64,000 nt of DNA, taken from contig CALRGT010000001.1 in the NCBI GenBank assembly GCA_943358095.1, forward strand, positions 450-64,449, given 5' to 3'. The stretch comes from an uncultured Candidatus Saccharimonas sp. (GTDB lineage Bacteria > Patescibacteriota > Saccharimonadia > Saccharimonadales > AQU-01). The notes below the pieces were generated by a model, which worked only from the letters and a program-made list of their open reading frames with translations, ran no database searches and had not been told where the DNA came from. The translations under genes and the position numbers were made by a program. This document shows positions 47,741 to 56,758 of this stretch, piece by piece. The number at the start of each line of letters is the position of its first letter. The stretch's first letter is position 1.

Positions 47741-48991
47741 TTAGTATACGTGACTTAACCGCCACTGAATACTGGGTCCGCTAGAATTTGATTTGGAATT
47801 TATATCAGTAGAGGATCGATCAATTTTGGAAGACGCGCTTATATTACCAAGCTTAAAGCCTTTTGATTGTGAATAAGACAAACTATCAGGGCTAGGAACG
47901 ATACGCAGATTCTCTCCCCCCCAAGCAAACACTCTCACATCACTAGACGCTATAGCCTGATTATTGGAGCCCCAGGGGAAGCTATAGTCAGCAACAACTT
48001 GTCCAGATTTAATTAAATCAACAAAACTGAAACCTTGATAAACACTTGATAAAAGGGGCAAGGAGTCGGCAACGGATTGCCCGAGTGATGGAGCCGCCAT
48101 AATTGCGCCAACGACTATTTGACTATGCCCATTCTTGAAATCATGTCGAGTGGCGAACAAATAACAACCACCGGCTTCATTAGTGTGCCCAGTTTTGATT
48201 CCGATAATTTCTGACTGGCCAAGAATTGGATTGGTATTTGTAATACGACCAGCCACAGGGACGACAGCCTCTTGCTGAGAGACTATTTCAGCCAAAACTG
48301 GATCCTTAAGCGCCACTACTGCCAATTTCACTAAATCACTAGCAGTACTCACGGTTAAAGGCGAAAATCCACTAGAATCAGCTACGTAAGTCTTTGACAT
48401 ATTTAATTGTGCAACTAAGCTGTTAGCGTAAATATTATAAGCATCAAGTGACCCGAAGGCCCATCTAGCTAAAGTTTCTGCGATATTATTGGCAGAAGGC
48501 AAAAGCAAAGCTTGAAGCGCCTGATATTCAGTAATTTCTTCGCCCTTTATAACATTTACAAGAGAGCCGTCGTGAGTGGCATAATAATTGTAACTTTCAA
48601 CATCTTCGTCCGTAATAGTTATAACGGGGCCAGACTGACCTTTAGCTAGTGGCTTCTTTTTTAAAACAGCTAGAGCAGTGATAACTTTAGCGACACTTGC
48701 GGTAGGTAGGGGCTTTTGATCGCTAGATTCGTCTAACAATCCATAATCAAGAGTTCCTATTGCAGATTGGCCATAATTTGGCCATTTGAATACAGGTTTT
48801 TTGCCTGCGACACTAGCGATTGCAACAACTTTTGCACTAGCTTGTGGTAACGGCCTTTGATAAGCAAAATATATAAACCCACTCAGTGCGACAATAATAA
48901 GCAGAGCAACAAAACCACGTCTAGCAATACGCCTTCTTTTAACTTGTCGTTTGCGTATGGCATAGATTCTTTTAGTGTCAACTACTCGCAT
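47741..48991 (-). CDS. S11 serine D-Ala-D-Ala carboxypeptidase
   Basis: SxxK (ASVAK), SxN (PSANN), KTG motifs. Confidence 0.92.
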   Translation of the reverse strand: MRVVDTKRIYAIRKRQVKRRRIARRGFVALLIIVALSGFIYFAYQRPLPQASAKVVAIASVAGKKPVFKWPNYGQSAIGTLDYGLLDESSDQKPLPTASVAKVITALAVLKKKPLAKGQSGPVITITDEDVESYNYYATHDGSLVNVIKGEEITEYQALQALLLPSANNIAETLARWAFGSLDAYNIYANSLVAQLNMSKTYVADSSGFSPLTVSTASDLVKLAVVALKDPVLAEIVSQQEAVVPVAGRITNTNPILGQSEIIGIKTGHTNEAGGCYLFATRHDFKNGHSQIVVGAIMAAPSLGQSVADSLPLLSSVYQGFSFVDLIKSGQVVADYSFPWGSNNQAIASSDVRVFAWGGENLRIVPSPDSLSYSQSKGFKLGNISASSKIDRSSTDINSKSNSSGPSIQWRLSHVY

Positions 48992-49116
48992 AATACAATC
49001 TTAGTATAGCTAATAGGTCACATAAACAGCCTATATACTTGAGAAATTATCACTTTTAAGCTAAAATCAATCTGTTCACAAGCTTTGCTTTGTTATCAAA
49101 AGTACAAGCCAAATAG

Positions 49117-49191
49117 TGGGACGTCGCCAAGTGGTAAGGCACTGGTTTTTGGTACCAGCATTCGTAGGTTCGAGTCCTACCGTCCCAGCCA
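49117..49191 (+). tRNA. tRNA-Gln(TTG)
   Basis: TGGGACGTCGCCAAGTGGTAAGGC-ACTGGT-TTTTGGT-ACCAG...GGTTCGAGTCC...CGTCCCAGCCA. Confidence 0.97.
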
Positions 49192-49383
49192 AGACTTATA
49201 TTATCGACTTCACTTTTTTAGGGATTCTAGATTAGCCACTGTTTGTGCCCATTTTGCTCTCTCTTCGACATCTTTTTGCTGCTGCGCATTAGCTAGCGTA
49301 ACTAACTTACCAGTATCACAATAACTACACGTAATGTTGTCAAAATACGCTAACTTTAGATAGGGCCTTTAGCAGCTAGACAG

Positions 49384-49800
49384 CTACTCTAGCACTATAT
49401 CTTCAGTTTGATCGGCAGGTTTAAGTATGTTGTCTACGAGTTGATCTATCTGATCGTTAGATAAGTTCATTTTGACAGCGTAACCTTCAATACCCAAGTC
49501 TCGTAGTCCGGCAGGAGCGTCAGCTTCGTTAAGGTTAGAAATAATCAAAACTTTAATATCTTTACCCCAAGTTGACGCACGCATTCGTGCTAATATTTGA
49601 TCGCCTGCAATTTTCGGAACCATCAAGTCAAGAAGCACTAAGCCAGGGAGTTCCTTCTCGATAACTTGCAAGGCTACTTCGCCGTCATATGCAGCAAAGC
49701 ATGTATATCCCAGCAACTCTAGGCGTACTTTATATATTTCTGCCAAAGCCACATTGTCTTCGACGATTACTATTTTTTGAGATATTCCAAATTGATCCAT
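49384..49800 (-). CDS. single-domain response regulator (receiver)
   Basis: VIVEDN, AYDGE, LLDLMVP, IISN, VK. Confidence 0.9.
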   Translation of the reverse strand: MDQFGISQKIVIVEDNVALAEIYKVRLELLGYTCFAAYDGEVALQVIEKELPGLVLLDLMVPKIAGDQILARMRASTWGKDIKVLIISNLNEADAPAGLRDLGIEGYAVKMNLSNDQIDQLVDNILKPADQTEDIVLE

Positions 49801-50044
49801 ATATATACAATCTTACCTCAAGATTTATTTTATTACCACGTCCTTATCAATTTTATAAACTACCTCAGCACTCTACGTAGCTATTATTCAAATAGTCTGC
49901 GTCATAAAATCGTAAATTTCGTTTTGTAGGTGTTGGAATCTCTGTCTCGACGGATTAGGGGAATAGGTTTAGGATTCGCTCTACTATTTTGAAATCCTAA
50001 TATGGCAGGGAATTATAGTGTCATGGGGCGTCAGCTGAAAGGAA

Positions 50045-51034
50045 TTAATTTCTGGCTAATCCAAGTCCAACTATTTTTAGAAGAATGTCGGTATATTCCA
50101 TGCCTTCGTTTATCATGCATGCACGGTTAAAATAGCTCACAAACTCGTTGTCAGCCAAGCCTGGCACTAAATTTGCTTCAAGAAAATACGCTTTTCCGTT
50201 GTTGTCCATTCTTATATCTATTCGTCCAAGATCGCGGGCGCCTAAGGCTCGATAAACGTCTTTGGCAAGGGAAGTAACTGACTCACGAACTGCTTTGTCT
50301 GAAACCGCGATAACACGCTCCACATCATCGCCCTTAACTTGTCTTCCCAAAATCATATGACCATTAGAATCTTTGTCTGTTAATAGCTCAACAGGCATGA
50401 CTATTAAACCGTCACTAGTGCCACTGTCTAATATAGCAACACTAAACTCTCTGCCAGTAAGATAAGATTCAACCATAGAACGACTACCAAATTCGATAAA
50501 TATTGACTCTACTTTGGCTTCGAATTCTTTAAAAGTGTGAACTACTGAATCACCGCCAACTCCTTTGCCACCTCCCGTATCAAGCGGCTTAACAAATAAA
50601 GGGAAGTCTATTGGTAAATCTGCTGCAGATTTGTGTCGTCCCGGTAATGTAGTAAAGAATTCGGCTGTCGGCAAACCAGCTTGTTGAACTCTAAGTTTGG
50701 CATTTTCTTTGTCGAAATCCATAGCAATTGCGGCCTGAGTAGACCCAGTATAGTTAATTCCGCTATCCTGCAAATACTCTGACATCCAAACATTTTGTGC
50801 AAGAACATGGGAATTAGAATCAAAAGGCAAACGCTTAAGACCAAGAAATACAAGGTCGGGGCTCTTAAGAACTAGAAGTTCAAGGTCGTTCATATTATCA
50901 ACTGTAGTAACGCCGACCATTTCGTAATAATCGCTCAAAACACTTTGTATCATGTCGCACGACTTCAAACCCATAGAGCTAAATGGGGAGTTAGAGGTTC
51001 TAACGATTTCAATGTGTTTGTTGATCTTACTCAT
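50045..51034 (-). CDS. D-alanine--D-alanine ligase-like ATP-grasp protein
   Basis: YTGS, FDK..AK, PLFVKP, GREFSVAIL, GRIDIR, YFLEANLVPGL. Confidence 0.85.
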   Translation of the reverse strand: MSKINKHIEIVRTSNSPFSSMGLKSCDMIQSVLSDYYEMVGVTTVDNMNDLELLVLKSPDLVFLGLKRLPFDSNSHVLAQNVWMSEYLQDSGINYTGSTQAAIAMDFDKENAKLRVQQAGLPTAEFFTTLPGRHKSAADLPIDFPLFVKPLDTGGGKGVGGDSVVHTFKEFEAKVESIFIEFGSRSMVESYLTGREFSVAILDSGTSDGLIVMPVELLTDKDSNGHMILGRQVKGDDVERVIAVSDKAVRESVTSLAKDVYRALGARDLGRIDIRMDNNGKAYFLEANLVPGLADNEFVSYFNRACMINEGMEYTDILLKIVGLGLARN

Positions 51035-51313
51035 AAAATATCTAACCGGCTAGCAATACTAGCACTATTACTTTGTTTGATTATTTTGGTACTTTTTGTT
51101 GTTTACAAAAGAAATTTGTAACTTTCCCGTGGAACTTTTCTGTAGTCTCAAATTTATGCACTAGATGTGATTACTATACCATTATTTTAAATAATTTGCT
51201 AACTATAAGCTTTAGCTTGGCAGCAAATATAAAATTACAATAGAAAAGCGTGGGGGATAGCAATACAGATGATGTATAATGCTTATAGTATAAGTAATGG
51301 CAAGGGTACGTTT

Positions 51314-52210
51314 ATGACTAAACGCAAAAGCAGGTCAAACCAGGGTAGATTCGTGCCCATATTTTTGTTGTTTTTAGTTGCTCTTGGTCTACTGATTCGA
51401 AATCTAATACGCGGCAAAGAGATGTCTGTGCTAAACCCTATGGGGACAATAGCCAGTGAACAACTAAGGTTAATGTCGGTATCTCTTGGAATTATGCTTA
51501 TATTGGCCGTACCTGCGCTAACTATTTTATATTTTATAGCTTGGAAATACAGGGAAACCAACGAAAAGGCCACCTATAGTCCTGGCCAAAAACACGGTAA
51601 GTTGTTTTCTGTAAGCCTTTGGTTGGTGCCTCTTACTTTTGTGGCGATTCTGGCAAACCTCATGTGGCCATCAACGCACAAACTCGATCCAAGAAAGCAA
51701 ATTTCATCAAACCAAAAACCTATAACTATTCAGGTCGTTGCGATGCGATGGAAATGGCTTTTTATTTATCCCGAGCAACATATAGTCACCGTAAATTATA
51801 TTCAAGTACCCATAGACACACCCATTAAATTCGAATTAACGGCTGACGAAACGCCGATGAGTTCCTTTTGGATACCAAATCTAGGAGGTCAATTATACGC
51901 AATGACAGGACACGTCAATCAGCTCAATTTGATGGGGACTACTATTGGCGACTATATCGGAAAATCAGCAGAAATAAACGGTGCTGGGTTCGCAGGTATG
52001 AAATTCACGGCGCGCGTAAGCTCACAAACAGATTTTAATAATTGGGTAACCGGTACTCAAAAGTCTTCAAACAATTTTACGATTAAAGATTATACTGATC
52101 TGCTTGTTCCTTCTGAATATAACAAGGCTATGACTTACTCGACCGATGAGTCCGATATTTATAGTAAAGTTACCGACAAATATACAAAATCACATGAGCA
52201 TGGAGAATAA
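51314..52210 (+). CDS. cyoA: cytochrome bo3 quinol oxidase subunit II
   Basis: LNPMG.IA.EQ, WKYR, WKWLFIYP, SFWIPNLGGQLYAMTG, GAGFAGMKF; no CuA cysteines; ATG 51314 preferred. Confidence 0.93.
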   Translation: MTKRKSRSNQGRFVPIFLLFLVALGLLIRNLIRGKEMSVLNPMGTIASEQLRLMSVSLGIMLILAVPALTILYFIAWKYRETNEKATYSPGQKHGKLFSVSLWLVPLTFVAILANLMWPSTHKLDPRKQISSNQKPITIQVVAMRWKWLFIYPEQHIVTVNYIQVPIDTPIKFELTADETPMSSFWIPNLGGQLYAMTGHVNQLNLMGTTIGDYIGKSAEINGAGFAGMKFTARVSSQTDFNNWVTGTQKSSNNFTIKDYTDLLVPSEYNKAMTYSTDESDIYSKVTDKYTKSHEHGE

Positions 52211-54301
52211 ATGAAAGAATTTTTACTTGGCAAAATAAATATGGATTCGCTTCCGCACGAATGGTTTACATTTGGCGGTAGTTTGGCGTTTATTGGCCTG
52301 GGTTTATTTCTAGTAATCGTAATCACTCGACTTAAGCGCTGGAATTGGCTCTGGAAAGAATGGATAACTACAGTTGATCCGAAAAAAATAGGGATAATGT
52401 ACTTTTTAGTTTCTGGATTTATGCTTGTGAGGGGTGGGCTAGAGACTCTGATGATATGGCTGCAACAATCATTCTCTGTAGACAAATCTCATGGATTTTT
52501 AACTGCCGACCACTTTCAACAAATATTTACAGCGCATGGCAATATAATGGTTTTCTTCGTAGCTATGGGCTTTATATTCGGCCTAATAAACTACATCGTA
52601 CCCTTGCAAATTGGAGCACGCGACCTAGCATCTCCATTTCTTAATACGCTAGGATTTTGGCTTTTTGCAGCCGGAGCAATCATGGTAAGTATGTTCTTCT
52701 TGCTTGGGGGACAATATGCAGCTACGGGATGGCTGGCTGTAGCGCCGCTATCGGGTAAGGAATTTAGTCCTGGCGTAGGTGTAGACTATTGGATTTGGAG
52801 CCTGCAGATATCTGGCATAGGTACAACTCTTGGTGCTATAAACTTCGTAATGACTATCCTAAAAATGAGAGCGCCAGGCATGTCGCTAGGCAAAATGCCG
52901 CTTTTCACATGGGGAGCATTTTGTAGCATGATTATGGCTGTTGCCGTATTCCCACTACTTACAGCTACACTGTTTTTGATGTTCTTTGATAGATACCTAG
53001 GCGCGCACTTTTTTACTACAGTGGGCGGTGGCGACCCTATGATGTACACTAACTTGATTTGGATGTGGGGACACCCAGAAGTTTATATTTTAATGTTGCC
53101 ATGTTTTGGAATATTTTCAGAAGTCGTTTCGACTTTTAGCCGTAAGCCTATCGCCAGCTACAAATCAAATGTACTCGGGATGATTGGTGTCTCTACTTTC
53201 GCCTTATCGGTATGGCTACACCACTTCTTCACTATGGGAGCAGGGGCCGATGTAAACGCCTTTTTTGGCGTAATGACAATGATAATTGCCATACCTACTT
53301 CGGCTTTAGTATTTAACTGGATAGCGACTATGTACAAAGGACGAATCAATTTCTCTACGCCAATGCTTTGGTTCCTTGGCTTTATAGCTGTATTTTCTAT
53401 TGGTGGTATGTCTGGCGTACTACTAGCAATTCCACCTGCCGACTTCCAGCTTCATAACAGCCTTTTCTTGGTTGCACACTTCCACTCAATGGTAATTGGT
53501 GGTGTGTTGTTTGGAGTCTTCTGCGGTATAAGCTATTGGTTCCCGAAATTTACCGGTCTTAGACTTAACGAACGTATTGGGCGATATGCTTTTTGGTTCT
53601 GGACAATTGGTTTCTGCTTGTCTTTCATTCCTATGTATATATTAGGACTGATGGGAGCGACGAGGAGACTCGACCACTACGATTCGTCCACGGGTTGGAG
53701 GCCATTATTTATTGTCATGCTTGTAGGAGGAATAGTCATAGCTGTCGGCTTAGCTCTTCAAATTGTGCAAATAATTGCCACTTTTATTCAGAAGAATCAT
53801 CTACGAGACACAACTGGTGATCCTTGGAATGCTAGGTCGCTAGAATGGGCCACAGCCTCCCCGCCGCCATTTTATAATTTTACGACCATTCCCGAAGTAT
53901 CGAGCATTGATGCATTCTGGGAGATGAAACATAATGGAATACCTGAAACTAAATACCAAGACATTCATATTCCGAAAAATACTGCGGCAGGTTTTTATAT
54001 TTCTTGTTTCGCATTTTTAGTTGGTTTTGCATTTGTATGGGAGATAGTCTGGCTTGCAGTAGTCTCGATTATTGGCATTATAGTAGTATTCATATTCAGA
54101 GGCTTCAATGATGAACCTGAATACATACTTACAGCACGAGAAGTTCAAGATTTAGAGGAAGCGCGGACAAAGAAGCACCTTGAAAGAACTAAATTAGCAA
54201 ATGATGATGACACCGAAGATATGGGTGTAATAGATTTTATTAAAATAGTTATATCTTTCGCAAAAGACATTGTAGTTAATAAAAGGTGGCGAAAATGGTA
54301 A
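52211..54301 (+). CDS. cyoB: cytochrome bo3 quinol oxidase subunit I
   Basis: QIFTAHG, WGHPEVY, WLHHFFTMG, VAHFH, TRR; heme/CuB ligands intact. Confidence 0.97.
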   Translation: MKEFLLGKINMDSLPHEWFTFGGSLAFIGLGLFLVIVITRLKRWNWLWKEWITTVDPKKIGIMYFLVSGFMLVRGGLETLMIWLQQSFSVDKSHGFLTADHFQQIFTAHGNIMVFFVAMGFIFGLINYIVPLQIGARDLASPFLNTLGFWLFAAGAIMVSMFFLLGGQYAATGWLAVAPLSGKEFSPGVGVDYWIWSLQISGIGTTLGAINFVMTILKMRAPGMSLGKMPLFTWGAFCSMIMAVAVFPLLTATLFLMFFDRYLGAHFFTTVGGGDPMMYTNLIWMWGHPEVYILMLPCFGIFSEVVSTFSRKPIASYKSNVLGMIGVSTFALSVWLHHFFTMGAGADVNAFFGVMTMIIAIPTSALVFNWIATMYKGRINFSTPMLWFLGFIAVFSIGGMSGVLLAIPPADFQLHNSLFLVAHFHSMVIGGVLFGVFCGISYWFPKFTGLRLNERIGRYAFWFWTIGFCLSFIPMYILGLMGATRRLDHYDSSTGWRPLFIVMLVGGIVIAVGLALQIVQIIATFIQKNHLRDTTGDPWNARSLEWATASPPPFYNFTTIPEVSSIDAFWEMKHNGIPETKYQDIHIPKNTAAGFYISCFAFLVGFAFVWEIVWLAVVSIIGIIVVFIFRGFNDEPEYILTAREVQDLEEARTKKHLERTKLANDDDTEDMGVIDFIKIVISFAKDIVVNKRWRKW

Positions 54302-54888
54302 ACGAACAAACTCCAACCCATCATCAAGCGGAAGCTGACGACAGAGCTCTATTTGGATTCTGGATTTACTTGATGACAGACCTATTAATGTTTTCTGTTT
54401 TGTTTGCTGTTTATGCAGTTCTCCACGACAACACTGACGGAGGCAAGACCGGAAAAGAGTTATTTGACCTAAATCTAGCCTTAACAGGAACAATAATACT
54501 TCTAGTGAGCAGCTTTACTTGCGGCGTAGGCATGATTGCAGCTAGAGCTGGACGTAAAAATCAAGTCCTGACTTGGTTCGGTTTGACTTTTATTCTGGGG
54601 CTTAGCTTTTTAGCCTTGGAATTTAACGAATTCTCTATTTTGATCCGCGAAGGGCATACTATTCAGAGCAATGCTTTTTTGTCGTCTTTCTTTGCCCTGG
54701 TAGGTACACACGGTCTACATATAATTGCTGGACTTCTATGGATAGCCGTAACACTAGGCTACATTGTCAAGCGTGGCCTAAACTCAAATATGGTACGGAA
54801 ACTTGCGATGCTTAGCTTGTTCTGGCACTTTCTAGATATAGTCTGGATATTCATATTTACGATTGTTTACTTAAGGGCCTTCGTATGA
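54295..54888 (+). CDS. cyoC: cytochrome bo3 quinol oxidase subunit III
   Basis: FGFWIYLMTD, SSFT, AFLSSFFALVGTHGLH, FWHFLDIVWI. Confidence 0.96.
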   Translation: MVNEQTPTHHQAEADDRALFGFWIYLMTDLLMFSVLFAVYAVLHDNTDGGKTGKELFDLNLALTGTIILLVSSFTCGVGMIAARAGRKNQVLTWFGLTFILGLSFLALEFNEFSILIREGHTIQSNAFLSSFFALVGTHGLHIIAGLLWIAVTLGYIVKRGLNSNMVRKLAMLSLFWHFLDIVWIFIFTIVYLRAFV

Positions 54889-55577
54889 AAGACTCATCTG
54901 CAAACGATAGCAAAAAACCTATTAAAGAACATGGGACTACATCGTCATATGTGGCAGGATTTGTACTTTCGTTAATCTTTACCATAATTCCATATTATTT
55001 AGTCATAAACCATAAATTTTCCACATCGGCACTAATTTCGACAATTATTAGTTTTGGAATTGCTCAGATGATTGTCCAAGTTGTTTTCTTTCTGCACTTA
55101 GGCAGAGGCCCAAAACCCTTTTACAATATAGTATTCTTTTTTGCAACAGTTGGACTAATTGTAGTAGTGATTGGTGGATCAGTATTTATCATGAATAACT
55201 TGCATTATAATATGACTCCTTCAGAAGCAAGTAAGCATCTGGCCGAAAAAGAAGCAATATATCAAGTAGAGGGGACGCTAACTGGTGCCTGCCAAAAAAT
55301 ACTCGCTAATCATGTCGTGACTATTTCTGGAGGAAAAGTAACCCCGCATCATACCGACGCACGACTTTGCGACACCTTAACATTCATAAACCAGGACAGT
55401 AGAGTAAGTATCATCACCTTTGGCCCGCACCCTAGACACGAGACATATTCCGGCGAGTCAGAACTTACAGTAAAAAAAGGGAAAAACAAAACAATAACAC
55501 TTAACCAGTCTGGCATGTATCAATATCATGATCATCTTGATCCTACGATTGCTGGCGATTTTATAGTAACTAAATAA
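54885..55577 (+). CDS. cyoD: cytochrome bo3 subunit IV fused to a C-terminal cupredoxin-like domain
   Basis: SYVAGFVLSLIFTIIP, QVVFFLHL, GSVFIMNNL, then VTP...DTLTFIN...GMYQYHDHL. Confidence 0.88.
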   Translation: MKDSSANDSKKPIKEHGTTSSYVAGFVLSLIFTIIPYYLVINHKFSTSALISTIISFGIAQMIVQVVFFLHLGRGPKPFYNIVFFFATVGLIVVVIGGSVFIMNNLHYNMTPSEASKHLAEKEAIYQVEGTLTGACQKILANHVVTISGGKVTPHHTDARLCDTLTFINQDSRVSIITFGPHPRHETYSGESELTVKKGKNKTITLNQSGMYQYHDHLDPTIAGDFIVTK

Positions 55578-56455
55578 TGGCAGAGCAAATATCTATTAAC
55601 AAAATCAGAAACTACGTCGCGCTAACTAAGCCTGGCATTATTCGTGGAAATCTTATAACAGCTTTGGCTGGATTTTTTTTAGCCTCCGACGGCCATGTAA
55701 ATATTTCGCAACTATGTTATAGCTTACTCAGCATTAGCCTTGTCATAGCTTCAGGTTGCGTTTTCAATAATTACATAGATCGAGAAATAGACAAAAAAAT
55801 GATAAGGACTAGTAAGCGTGCTCTGGTGTCAGGCGAAATTTCTAACAAGAACGCACTAATATTTGCATCAATTTTGGGTATGACTGGTTTCTTGATTATT
55901 GTGTTCCGCCTAAACCTACCAACACTATATGCGGGACTTACGGGTTTTATATTCTATGTTGTTATTTATTCTTACTTCAAGCGTCGCTCGACACACGGCA
56001 CACTCATAGGCGGCGTTTCTGGGGCTACTGCTTTACTAGCAGGATACGTTGCAGTCACTAACAGATTCGACGCCGCATCAATGATTTTGTTCTTCATTAT
56101 GTTGTTCTGGCAAATGCCACACTTTTACGCAATTGCCATATACAGCCTTAAGGATTACAAGGCTGCCGGCATCCCAGTTCACCCTGCAGTTTATGGAATC
56201 CATTCAACCAAATTAAGCATGCTCATATATACGGGACTATTTGTTATTTCAACAGTTCTGCTGGCCGCATTCGGCTACACAGGACTAACGTATTTAGTGA
56301 TAATGACATTACTTAGCGCCATTTGGCTAAGAATGGCAGTGGACGGACTCAAGACGAAAAATGACGACAAATGGGCTAGGCAAATGTTTGGTTTTTCACT
56401 ACTAATGCTACTGACTTTTAGCCTTCTAATTGGACTAAATTTTATCCTGCCATAA
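55577..56455 (+). CDS. cyoE: protoheme IX farnesyltransferase (heme O synthase)
   Basis: LTKPGII, NNYIDREIDKKMIRT..R, FWQMPHFYAIA. Confidence 0.96.
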   Translation: MAEQISINKIRNYVALTKPGIIRGNLITALAGFFLASDGHVNISQLCYSLLSISLVIASGCVFNNYIDREIDKKMIRTSKRALVSGEISNKNALIFASILGMTGFLIIVFRLNLPTLYAGLTGFIFYVVIYSYFKRRSTHGTLIGGVSGATALLAGYVAVTNRFDAASMILFFIMLFWQMPHFYAIAIYSLKDYKAAGIPVHPAVYGIHSTKLSMLIYTGLFVISTVLLAAFGYTGLTYLVIMTLLSAIWLRMAVDGLKTKNDDKWARQMFGFSLLMLLTFSLLIGLNFILP

Positions 56456-56476
56456 TTATTATGCTATAGTTAAAGT

Positions 56477-56746
56477 ATGATTTTAATAACACACATTTTT
56501 ATGGCAATTAGCAGTTTAATATTAACCAGTGCGTCAATATTTTGGCCTAGTAGTCAAAAACTTAGGGCCTCCTATGCGCTGATTACTGGCACACTAGCTT
56601 CAGGAACATATCTAGTAGTTTTAAATCCCTCAAGCCTTAAACAGTCATGTATTAGCGGACTTATCTACACTTCAATTGCTCTAATTGGCGTAATAAAAGC
56701 ACAATCAAGACTTCGAGAAATCAAAGTCCGAGCCAAGTCAGAATAA
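56477..56746 (+). CDS. small membrane protein
   Basis: 89-aa, three hydrophobic segments; TGcTATAGT 6 nt before ATG. Confidence 0.7.
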   Translation: MILITHIFMAISSLILTSASIFWPSSQKLRASYALITGTLASGTYLVVLNPSSLKQSCISGLIYTSIALIGVIKAQSRLREIKVRAKSE

Positions 56747-56758
56747 GCAAAGTACTGA

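Noticed and set aside
49085-49324. 79-aa ORF
   Set aside because: It overlaps tRNA-Gln; shadow ORF.
49210-49368. Start-less minus-strand frame (RPYLKLAYFDNITCSYC...ESLKK*) next to tRNA-Gln as a recombinase remnant or island boundary
   Set aside because: It stops before the tRNA, has no recombinase motif, and I found no att-like repeat of the tRNA-Gln 3' end; at most an unidentifiable fragment.
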